DNA of 64,000 nt, from the NCBI RefSeq assembly GCF_036321535.1, contig NC_087437.1, positions 39,434,001-39,498,000 of the forward strand. The letters are read 5' to 3'. Shown in pieces: positions 47,831 to 59,382 of the stretch. The notes beneath the pieces are model-generated. The model was not told the origin of the DNA, did not search any database, and saw only the letters and a list, made by a program, of their open reading frames with translations. The translations under genes and the position numbers were made by a program. Source of the DNA: Camelus dromedarius. Lineage: Eukaryota. Numbering within the stretch: position 1 is the stretch's first letter; every line of letters starts with the position of its first letter.

Positions 47831-50800
47831 ATTCATTTCAGTTAAATTCTTGTACCTTATCTGAGTCCTACAAGGACTGTCTAATATACACATTCTTGCT
47901 TATGTCCTAGTTTTTAGGCTCATGGCGGTTGGGTATATGTATTCTTGTGCTTTATAACATATTTGTTATTGCATTTTATATCATTTTACAATACATATAT
48001 TATACATATTTTTTACATGTATCAAAAGGAAAAATGTAAATTAAAACATTATTTTAAATATAACATCAATTAAGAAATCTGCAAATTGTATTTGTGTTTA
48101 TATTTCTAGTTCAAAGACATTTAATTGAATAGAGGTTTTTATTTATACTAATCACACTTATACATGAAATTTTCTGAAGTACTTCAATTCTTGCATTTGT
48201 ATGGAATAGGCTTCTGAAATATCCCTATTTCTGAAATTTAGCTGTGGTTTTTGTCCTTCCAAATGGTGACTATAATCAAGAAGTACGCATTTTATAAATT
48301 GCAAAATTATTTATTGTGCTTCACAGTTCAAAGAAGTGCTTTTAAATATATTTGACTCCCCCAGAACGCTTGGGTGGCAGATGGATAAAGCGGTTATTAG
48401 AGAGGGACTATTTATGTAAGCAGAAACTAAGTTTTTAAGAGGGTAAATGACCTACACAGGTCCACACAACGCCAGTGGCATAGATTATACTTGACTTTTC
48501 ACTTCTTGTCTGCTCTCTCCCCTCTACCATTTTACCTCAAAAGATAATAATAAGCTTGCAAGTCTGTGAAATGTTTCACCACTTTCAAAATGCCTTCCAC
48601 ATCACATCATCTGTTTTGATTCCCACATTCACCCTTGAGTTTCTTTAGCATATTTCTTCCTTCTCATAACATACATAGAGCATAATTTAAACTGAACATA
48701 GTATTAGCTATGAAAATATAAAATCTTTCTGTTAAAAATTTTACTAGATAGTCAAATCAAAGTAACAGTAAAACAATCTTGCTTTTGTTTCATAAGCCCC
48801 ACAGTTGTATTCACTGATTCATCTAAGAAATAAGTAAAATTAATTATTTTGGATTGTATTGGGTTTTTTTTTAAGTAAATACATGAATGAGTGAATAAAT
48901 GAATGATCGTAGCATCCAAACAGCTTCTGCTTTTCTGGGCTTTGTGAAGATAGAAAGAAATGTGTCCTTCTTTCTAGAAACCTACTTATTTTACATTTAA
49001 TAAAGTACTAAGGAAATCTTTCCAGAAATATTTCTTTAATGTTGTATTTAAATATAATGAGTATTATTCAAATGAATAACATAGTCTTACTAAACAGGAT
49101 GATTCATTGTCGTTATTTGTAAACAACCTGCTTAAATTTTCTCTCTAGTGCCCCTGTGGTCTTGCCAGCAAATGGTAGTCTGGTTCTAGGCAAACTACAT
49201 TTCACATCCCAACAACCGCACCTGCTCACGCTGGGCAGGGTTTGGCCTGAGTTGCTGCTCATTAGAGGCTCTGGCAGAGAGAAGGAGTGGGTGGAAGAAG
49301 CAATGAAACCAGTGCCTGAAAAGTGAAACTGAGGTTTAGGTTTTATATGGGATTTTATTTGGTGAGTAGTTACACTGCTTTTCATTATACCAGAAAACAG
49401 GTTGCTGGCAGCATATTTAAAATGTATGGCACTTTTAAGGGGCAGAACGTGAAATTAAAGCTTGATGACATGAATTCTAATCTGTGCCCCATAGTCATAC
49501 GTGTGCCAGCAAACGTACATGCTGGTACATTAATTGTAATCAGACGTTCCCTTAAAAGCAGCAACAATCTCCACTTTGCTGCACATGGAGAATCGAGGAA
49601 ACAATGCCGTTAAGAGTTTACATGCCATCTTATGCTCCACTTTCTTCATAACATTACATCAGTTCTGCAGGCATTTTCTGCCCCATTTACCAAACTGGCT
49701 CCAGTCAATGAAGTTTTGCATTATATGCCCCCAGGGAAGAAAATAATGCAAGAGTTTTACTGTCCATGTTAATGCCATTTAATACATTACTCAAACACAT
49801 ACTTAAGACCAACAGTTCTGATTACGCAACTTTGGTTTAAAGTGGCTTCCAAACTGACTTCTTAACTGGCAACTTCTCAGCAGCGCATGTCTTCCCAAAC
49901 TTCTTTTTTGGAGGATATGTGGGTCGAGGGAGTACAGTTTGAGATGCTGCAAACTAGGATGTTTTCAATGTTATAACTTCATTGTCTAAAAAGAAAGAGA
50001 AAAAGGACATCCAGCCTGTTTGTTCTACTTCATTTTTAAAAATTTGTGTCTTTAAGTATTGCTTAAACTGGAACTAATCCTCACCTATCTCTTGGGAGGC
50101 TAATGTCTTTGAAAAATGGTTTAACATTCTGAAGACAATGTGAGTCCAAAAGTTAAAGTTTAAAGTAGGAGTGAATAGTGAGGTAGAACAGCATTCGGTC
50201 TCTTTTTTGGAGGATTTGGACTTCACTCCACTCCTTCTGAGTAGGAGAAAACAAATCTGTCTTTTCTCTGTTTGGATAAGAAAGGGAGAAGGCTTAAAGA
50301 AGAGAAACATTTTCAATACCAGCTGTTCCCTAACTCAAGCCCTACATAAATTTATTTTTTCTTGAGCTGGAGATACTAGAACAAAACCCTAAAGAGAACG
50401 GAAAATGGAGAGTGAATCAATGAAGCCAATTTTATTATTCTAGGGTACACATTTTTCAGAGAGCAAGGAGACTAACGGATGAGTTCAATTCAGAACCTGT
50501 GATAAAAACATAGGTTTCTAATAAAAACTCTGGGTTATACTGTAGTGGGCAAGCATCCCCGAGTGACAAACCAATGCCAGTTGCTAATTCTTTTCACAAA
50601 GATCTTCAACATGTTTAAGCAATCATTACCAGATATGTAAATCAAATAATGTCATCTCAAGACCAAGCAACTTTTATTTTTGGATAGTTGTGGCTTTCAG
50701 ATTTAGACTTGTTATAGTCTTCAAAGCGGGGTCTTCACAGCATAATAGTATCTAGACTTAATATTTAGAGATTCTTCACTGAGTTTAAGATCTCATTAGA

Positions 50801-51264
50801 AAGATTGAACTCATAAACATATCACCAACTAAATTTACAGAGCAGGTTTGGGATGTGTGTGCTTTAGCTCAGCAAGAATTTAACTGATGCAGTATAACAA
50901 TTAAGGCAAAATACAAATAAGCATGTCAAATGGGAATTTAAAAATGATGCTTCAGTATGGCTGACTATTTTATTCATTGTGGCCACTGACAATACGTCTG
51001 CTTAAAGCTGAAATGTGGGACCTCCAGGCAAGTTAAGATTCTACCTTCCCCTGACCCACCCGTTCTTTCATGAGAAGATATTTACTACACAAGGTTTTTC
51101 TTCTGCTTTTCCAGATGCTCTCCCCACTGAAGACTGCAGTTTGTTTCAGTGGCATCAATGTTTCAGACTTGTTCAAACAAAACTTGTCTCCCCACCCCCA
51201 CTCTAGCATAGGCGCCATACTGTTGACTGCATTTTTCATCCCTCCAAACCCCGCTATGAAAAGC

Positions 51265-51445
51265 CACGGATCTTGAAACTCAACAGATCTGGGTCCAAAT
51301 CCCATTTCTATCACCTGCTAGTACCTGTTCTTTTAAACTTAATGTCATGAGCATTAGTTTCCTTGCTTAGACAGTGGAACAGTCTTGTAGGGGTAGTTGA
51401 AGAATGAGGAATACTGTGCAAAGATAGTGTTCAACTTATTGGAAG
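51265..51445 (+). mobile_element. MIR SINE
   Basis: caacagatctgggtccaaatcccatttctatcacctgctag...acttaatgtcatgagcattagtttcct. Confidence 0.6.
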
Positions 51446-52294
51446 CTCTTAAAATAAGAAACTAAGGGAAGCTAGAATGAAGATGAACAAAGAGTCATTC
51501 CTGCCCCTCCCAAACAGATCTGGTGTGTGCTGGGCCTGAGGACTTGAGAGAAGCAGATGGTCCACAAGAGAGCAGTGAGTCTTCTCTGAGAAAGGAGTCC
51601 TTGGCCGGGACTTTGCTTCCCCAGTGACTAACTCATCTGGGCAAGGGAAGCGAAGCCTGAAATGTTGGGATTGCTGTGAGGGGAAGTCAGCCCGACAGGC
51701 CGAGTTGCCTTTCTTGTCCTTGGCATTGTAACAGTGCACGGTCTTCTGTTGTTCCTGGAACCACTCGAGCATATAATGAATGGAGTACCAGTGATTGGAA
51801 ACGGTCGGCCCTCGATGATATTTCCGCAAGTTGTTTTCCTTCTACAACTTGGTAATGGATTTTTCTAACTTTAACAGGATGGTTGAAGTGTCTCATGATT
51901 TTATATGCTGTTGCCCCCTCTGGAGCCAACTCTGTCCAGTTATCATGTCATTTTTTTCAACACTGAAAATCAACTCATTTCCAAAATCTGAAATGTTTTC
52001 CTTGGACGGTTACATGATCCTAAGCAAACAAACAAAGTGAAGAGCCATTCTGCTGCTTCTGAAGACATTTGAGCTTTTTTTTTTTTTTTTTTCCTTTTCT
52101 TAATGAGTTAAGTTTTTGGATCTGTAGATTAGGTTCACTGAATTCTGTAGAGGTCAGGGGAAAGTAAGGAACGTTTGACAGTCTTTGTGCAGGAGGGAAA
52201 TGGAGAGCCATGAGGCTGACCCATTTCTGTGTATGGATGCCTGGCGGGCCAGTTAATTGAAGGAGAAGGCAGAGGGCTAGTAGTGACTATTAAG

Positions 52295-52708
52295 TAATGA
52301 AGCACTATGATGACAGACACACCCGGGTTAAAACCCTGCTCTGCTACTAACTAGATGGATGAACTTAGACAAAGTTCTTAAAATCCGTGAGCTTCAATTT
52401 TCACTTCTTTTGTAGTGTTGTGAGGACTAATGTGTATCGAGTGCTTATTATATGCTGGCCACTATTCTAAGCACTTTGCTTGTAATATTCTATTTAATTT
52501 TCATAATTACCCTATGAGGTATGAAGCAAATATTATTATTTGGTTTGTAAACATAAGAAAACTAAGAGAAAGAACACCTGGCTGAAAGTAACAAATTTAT
52601 GACAAAGTTAGAATTTTAACCTAGGCAGTTGGACTTCAAAGCCTGTATATTTAACCACTATGGTATAACTACGTCACCTGACATAAAATTAACATTTAAT
52701 AAATGGGT
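52295..52708. mobile_element. Nested MIRs: minus-strand MIR (~52430-52665) inside a plus-strand MIR
   Basis: Plus text ccgggttaaaaccctgctctgctactaactag...gttgtgaggactaa, then minus text gagtgcttattatatgctggc...ttaaccactatg, then the plus 3' end cctgacata...ttaataaatg. Confidence 0.6.
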
Positions 52709-55700
52709 GAATATATACTTGTGTATTATTTTAATATTTCAATATATCATATATATTCAAGGTTTGGTTTTAGAACTTTAAGCAAGAATCAGTAAACTGT
52801 GCTTGAAAAATTTTTAGTAAGCTTTGAGAATTTGCTGTTGGAACTTTAGGGTTGGCAGTTACACTGGTCACCGATTTGGGAAGTTCTGTTCACCCCTGAA
52901 CACCAAGTGTGAACTCAGAGATGACAGAGATGCTCTAGAGTTGGTTTCAACATTGGGTAGGACTCTCTTTCTCTTCTGTTCCTAAGGACATGATTTTTCG
53001 TTTCATGGAAAGGGAAAATTAAATGATGCTGTTTTTCATTCTCATGTTTATTCTGTCATCTTTAGTTTTGCTATGCATTGATATGACCTTATGATTCTTT
53101 TCCCTAATGTTTTTTGGGTTCATATTTTCTCAATCAATCCACTGGTTAACCTTTCAGCAATTGTTGCTGTACTCTAGACACCTTCAGGACATCATCCTAG
53201 CTCAGTGGCTCCACACTAGGAGGCAGAGTCCTTTCTTCCATTACAGCTGACACAAACCAATACTGTGCCTTCATTGTTTTCTGGAAAGTCCCTGCTTTAG
53301 TCCACCTTGAATATAAACTACAGAATTAACCACAGGGACTTCTACATGCCTTCTACACACCCCATCCAGCTTATTCTCCACACACCCACCCCCAAAGCAT
53401 ATTAAAAAAAATTAAAAAACTGATTTGAAACCTTTAAATTTACAGAATTTAAAGTACTGAATCAACCCGCCTTATTTTCAGATTTCAATTCAATCTGATT
53501 TTTTTTCTTTTCAGCCCCTTAAAGTGTTCCTCGATGTCCCACATTATCTCCTAACATGAACGTTTTTTTCTCCAGCTCCACCAATGTCTCCCTTTCCAGC
53601 TCTCACCTTGTTTTCCCCCGTCATTGGGACCCTGCTTCTACAGTCACACAGCCTGCGTGCCTCCTCCCCAGCGATGGTCACTCATCGATCTACCTTCATA
53701 TTTACATTATCTAAAAATACTTTTGTTGACAAACTTTACCTTATGATGATTCTTTGTGTCCTAAGTATAAATAAGTTTTCAATAAATTATTGATTAGATA
53801 AAAATAGACGGCCTGTGAATTCTCTGTTAAGCATCTACTTGGATACATATCACATGAGGAAAAGGAAGTGGTGGGAGCATGGTCTATTGCCACGGTCTGT
53901 CACTGTTCCTCAGTTTGCATCACGTTCTTACGTGGGTTGAAAGGTTGCTGTACCAATGTTCTCTACACATTTCATATGTGTTTGTTTAGTATCTTATGCT
54001 ACCTTGTTTTGAGAAAGAAAACTTGATTTTTAACTTTTCTCATTTAATTCTGCCATCTGGTCTCCTGTAATGTTCCTACTCAAATGTTTTCTGAGTTAAT
54101 AAAAACATGTCAATAGTTCTTTATTCCGAATTAAGTCAAATTTCTCATCACCCCTCATAATTGCTTAAATTAAAGAATTCTGATTTATTCTTGCTTTCTT
54201 TTATATTTAATCCCTAACTAATGCCTGTGTATATGACCTATTTCAGGATCTTATTTTTTAATAACTGTGCTTCACTCTAAGTGTTTAATAAACCAGTTCA
54301 CCAACAAACAAATAAGTAAGTAAAGATAAGTAGATTAGATTGATGAATTAAAAAGGGCCTTTGGGTAGGGGGAGCCCAATACTATTTTGATATTATTGAA
54401 TGAATTCACATAAGAAATCTAGATCCATGTGGTACATAAACTGTGTTTAGCAACCAAAGCCTGACATACTGGCAATTTCACCAGACTTGTAAAAGCTGTT
54501 ATTTTTGACTGAAGAAATGAAATTTGCATTGATTACCAAAACAGGCTGACATTCGTTTGCGAGAACACGATCAATCTACAGCAAGCACGTTCGCCAAACA
54601 GCACGTTCATTGGAAAATAGCTTCAGTGTAAAATTAATATGTTCTTTTCCTTTTTTCAACATGCGCAATGGGAACTTTTTCGTTTTGCTTAAGTATTATC
54701 TATTCCAACTTATACATTGTTTACTTTTCTTAATGTAATAATAACACCATGGCACAAATGCATTCTTTCCATGTGAGATAATTACGTGAATTAAGTTAGT
54801 CCAATACTTACACCTAGCTTGAGTTCAAAACAGTTTTTTTTTTAATGTTTTGATTATAAGCAAGTAAATGAGCATATGTCCAATTACATTTTGGGTGCAA
54901 TAGCTTTAGCCACCACATTTTGGCATTTCATTTTATTAGCTAAAAGTTCACATATGGTTTCCATGTCTCCAAGCTGTCTTTAAGGATACAAGAGCTCTAT
55001 AACCTAACATTGTTTTCTTTCCTTCTCTCTCCCAGCCCCCTCTCTCTTCCTCTCACATGCTCCCTTATAGAGGTACCTCTCTTAGTTTTCAAGATTATAT
55101 GTGAGAATTGTGAAAACCTGGAAGTTTGCTGGTGCTTTGAAGAAATGATTAAAGAAATGCTTCCAATGCTAAACTTTTTACCGAAAAGGAGTCAAAAATG
55201 GATGCCAAAATATTTACTATGGAAACAGCAGTATTAATATGCAAATATATAAGGCTTACAGTGATTTTTAGCTGCTTCCTTTTGATGGCCAGGTGCCACA
55301 TGAGAGTTATTGTAGTCCCTCCCCTCTTCAGAACCCTCCCGAACAGCTCTGGAATGAAGGAGTGGAGAAGCTAAGTGAACACCTTAAAGACTGAAATGTA
55401 TAAGACACAGCCGTGCTGGTGAAGGGCACGGGATAAGGGAGCACAAAGAAACATATTCAGCTCCTTTTGGTTTCAGCATTCAGCCCTGTGTATCTGTGTT
55501 ACTGATACAGTTAATGGTTTGGAAAACTGCAAGACTTGCATATTTTGGCCAAGACTTAAAGACAACCTTTCTAAACAACTGAAACTTGGTAACTTTTTAA
55601 GGTTGTTGCTCTAGAATTTCAAGAGCCTTGGGGTGAATCAAATCTCTTCATTTCAGTTACCTTGCCTGTATATTGAAAATGTTACATTCAATTTCCAAAG

Positions 55701-56834
55701 AAAGTGGGAATTTTGAATGTGTTGTTGATTCACAAAGATTTCTGAAACTTCATATACACATAGTATTAAGTCAGTATTAGACACTCTTCAAGTTCAATAT
55801 ATATTTAATTAAAAAAGAAAAACAGTAAGACCTTGAAATAGTCAACTGTGTTAAGTGTTGAACTAAGCATGCTATAACAGTAGACCAGACCCCTGGCTTT
55901 CAAAGATTAACTTGAAAAGCTTTTGAAGGCAACCCTTAAGAAGCGGGACAGGGAATATTTTGTCTCTTTTTCCCTGAGGGGCAAATCTGATGCGTGTACC
56001 ATGCAGCTGATAGTATGAACAGTGTTTGAGCTTCACAGACTAGTCATTACCTACTTGTCCAGCTGATTTTCTTCTCTCACCCCTACTGGCAAAGTTGTCT
56101 TTTCAGGCCATAGAAAATCTTTGTTTCTTTGTGAGAAATAGATCACACACACACAAAAACCTGCTCACCAAATGACTTTAGTCTTTTTTCTATAAAACCA
56201 TTAACAATCCAAAGGAGACACTTAGGGCTTTTTTATTTTTTTTTTTTAAATTGTAATGTATTGCATTTGAGTTGTGGGACATATACCAATAGTGCTACTT
56301 AGAATTTGGACCCACTATGAATGTCAAAGTGCAAGTATGTTTTCCTACCTTAGGTTCACTTTTCAAATGTCTCTCACTTATATTAACTATAATCTTTCTA
56401 TATTTTGACTCATTTTGACTTTTTGGAAAGTCAGTTTTTGCAACCAATTACCAATGACTATTAGAGTGTTACAAATACAGAGTTTAGTCGGAAGTTTCAA
56501 TTCCCTTTTAATCTGGCATAAGTGTGTTCGAGACTGATTGTCCACTTGCAGTGTCTAGAGTCTAGCATTAACAGTATTTAACCTCGAGAATATATAGATG
56601 TTTTACAGAATTGAGTCTAGGAGCGTAACTGCTCATATCACATGATACGAAGCTTGTAGAAACTATGACGCTCTTAGACTGTGGTTAAGACCTAAAATAA
56701 GCTATTGTTCCTTATTACAGATCTCTTGTTTCTCTATTAGTTCTAAACTGGCTGATCTTTATGTTACTATTTAGAGATAAGATATAGAGTCTCATCTGAA
56801 TGTTCTCAGAAGTAGTAATTATTTTAATGATAAT

Positions 56835-57050
56835 AGAAATGGTAGGTACCATTTGTGAAACATCTACACTGTGTCTGGTACTATGTTAAATGCATTACAT
56901 ACATTATCTGGTATAATGCTCCAACAATAACCTTATCCCCATGTTGTACGTAAGAAAACAGAAGCCTAGGGAAATTACAAGTAACTTGCTCTAAGCCCTA
57001 CTACCCGCAAGTGACAAAACTGAAGTTTAACCCAAATCCTTCTCTATGAA
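56835..57050 (-). mobile_element. MIR SINE
   Basis: accatttgtgaaacatctacactgtgtctggtactatgttaaatgc...aagaaaacagaagcctagggaa...aagtaacttgctctaag. Confidence 0.65.
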
Positions 57051-57184
57051 AGGGTTAACAGACTTTAATAACAATGCAAATTGTATGGTAGAAATTACCC
57101 TTGTAATATTAGAGCACTTGATTAAGAAAATTATTAGAAGTTTTGAAGAATTTCATTAAAAAGCATTTTAAAAGAAGGTATAAT

Positions 57185-57401
57185 TTTTAATTAAAATATT
57201 TTTATAATAAACAATACATGAATGAGGTATAAAATTCAAGTTAGAAAAGCCTATACAGTAAAAAGGATATCTTTACTCTTACCTGTAATCCTGTTCTCCC
57301 CACCTTAGAGGAAACTAAAAACCACCTGTTTCTTATTCCTCCTCCTAGATGTCCACTGGATCTATAAGCTCTGGCATGTGCATGAGCGCATACACACGCA
57401 T

Positions 57402-57435
<34 letters not shown>

Positions 57436-59382
57436 GTTCTTCCTTGCCTAACCCCTGACAAGATTTCCTTCTTTATAATAGAATTTCATTCTGTTCTGGG
57501 GAAAAAAAATTGTTCCCAGATAAAATGTAGTATTTCCAAGTTACCTTGCCATTAGTAATTATTCAGTACAGTTCTGGCCAATGAGTAGAAAACAGAAATT
57601 GATAGTTGGGGCTTTGGGGAATATTCTTTAAAAGGCTGCAAAATGTACAGTTTCACTTCTCTCAGCCTAAAATATGAGTAAGATGCTGGACACGGAGCAA
57701 CCATCTCTTACTAAGTGGGTGGTAAGGCACATGGTGAGAATTAGTGAGAGAAAGAAAGAAGCCTGGATCTCTGCTGGTATAATTGTGTCACTGTATCACC
57801 ACAAAGCTTTTATGTTAGAAAAATAAAATTCTTAATTTATGCTTCATCTTTTTAACCACAGCATAATATTCTATTTTGTGGATATAGGACAATTTATTTC
57901 TCATTTCCCATTAAATATTGATTAGGTTGTTTTAATGCTCTCATTAAAGACAATTCTGCAATAAATATCGAGGTCCTTGTCATCTGTGCATAAGCACGCA
58001 TAACTGTGCAATAAATTCCTAGAAGCAAAATTGCTTGGTCAAAGGGTGCACACATTTAGAAAGTTTAGGTGTTACCAAATTGCTTCTCATAGAAATTCTT
58101 CCAGTTTATTGACATCAGTTCATGAAAAAGCAGGTGTCTCCATATTCTTATTAATGTAGCACATAAAATTTTTAGATTTTGTTTTCCAAACTGAAAAGTA
58201 AAAGATATACCCATATATAGTTTTAATTTAAATCTCTGTCATTATAAGCAAGGGAGAAAATTTTTAATTTGCTTTACAGCCATTTATTTTCATTTCTCCA
58301 CAGATTTTGACATTGTTCAAATTTCATTGTGCTCATTTTTACCTAATTATTCACAACAAATTTTCAGATATTAGGAAAATACCCCTTTATTCTTATATAA
58401 TTTATAGAGTCCTAGCTTTTAATTCATATTTAATGTTTTATGTTTTTTTAATCCATGCAGATTCTTTTACATTTAATTGAATTTATTTATGCAATTGAAT
58501 TCAATTTATGTACTTGAAAAGGCCTTCTCTGCTCAGATTATAAAAATTATCCTATGGATATGAATGTTTGGTCCATTTTAGAATTCATTTTGGTGTAGCA
58601 AACAAGGTAGGGTTTCAAGTTGTTTTCTTCCGTATGTTAACTCAGTTGTTCGAACATAGCTATTAAATAAAATCTTTCTTCTTTACTAAGTTGTAATACC
58701 ACTTTTATCATACACTAGATGCTTATCCATTTCTGAGTCTATTCATGGCCATTTTGATCTATTCCATTAATCAGCCTGTCTAGTCATGTGCCAGAATTGC
58801 ACTGTTTTAATATTATTGTAGCATTATACTAAGCTTCCATATTGGGTTGGGGCCCTCATTATTTTCATTTTTCAGAATTGTTCTTGCTCTTCTTGCTTAA
58901 TTTTTCCATATGAACTTAAGATCAGCATGTTTGCTTCTGAAAAATATCTCTTTTAACACTAAATATATAAAATATATAAGGAAAAATCTTTGAGGTGTTG
59001 TGTCTTCTTATCCAAAAATATTTTGTACATTTTCATTTATTTTAATCTTATTTCCTCAGCACCTTCTTCTCAGCATTTTCTCCTTACAGGTCTTATGCAT
59101 TTTCTGTTAATCTATTCTATTTTTTCACTTTTGGTTGCTATTCTTATTGAAAAGAGGTATCCATTTGATCTCTTAGCATGCCATTGTTTTTATACATGAC
59201 TTCAGATTTTTAACATTTCCCCAACAAACTTAACCAAATGCATTTCTTGCTTGTGAAGCTTTTTAATTCATTTTATTGAACTTTCTGAATAAATGTATTG
59301 TTAGCAAATAGTGGTAATTTTCTTTCTTTCCAAATTTTAAGTTTATTATTGCTTCCTTTTTATCCAGTTGCAATGGCTAGAG
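57185..59382 (-). mobile_element. Ancient L1 (L1ME-like) 3' region, interrupted by (CA)n and an MLT1-like LTR (~57470-57840)
   Basis: Antisense L1 text (ataaattcctagaagcaaaattgcttggtcaaaggg, tttttccatatgaactt). The insert has MaLR-like text (cagttctggccaatgag, gcctggatctctg, agaaaaataaa). Confidence 0.65.
57401..57433. repeat. (CA)n microsatellite
   Basis: About 15 CA units preceded by alternating purine-pyrimidine sequence. Confidence 0.95.

Noticed and set aside
53496..53520. Strong splice-acceptor-like sequence (ctgattttttttcttttcag)
   Set aside because: No matching donor or coding frame identified; such motifs are frequent in AT-rich DNA.
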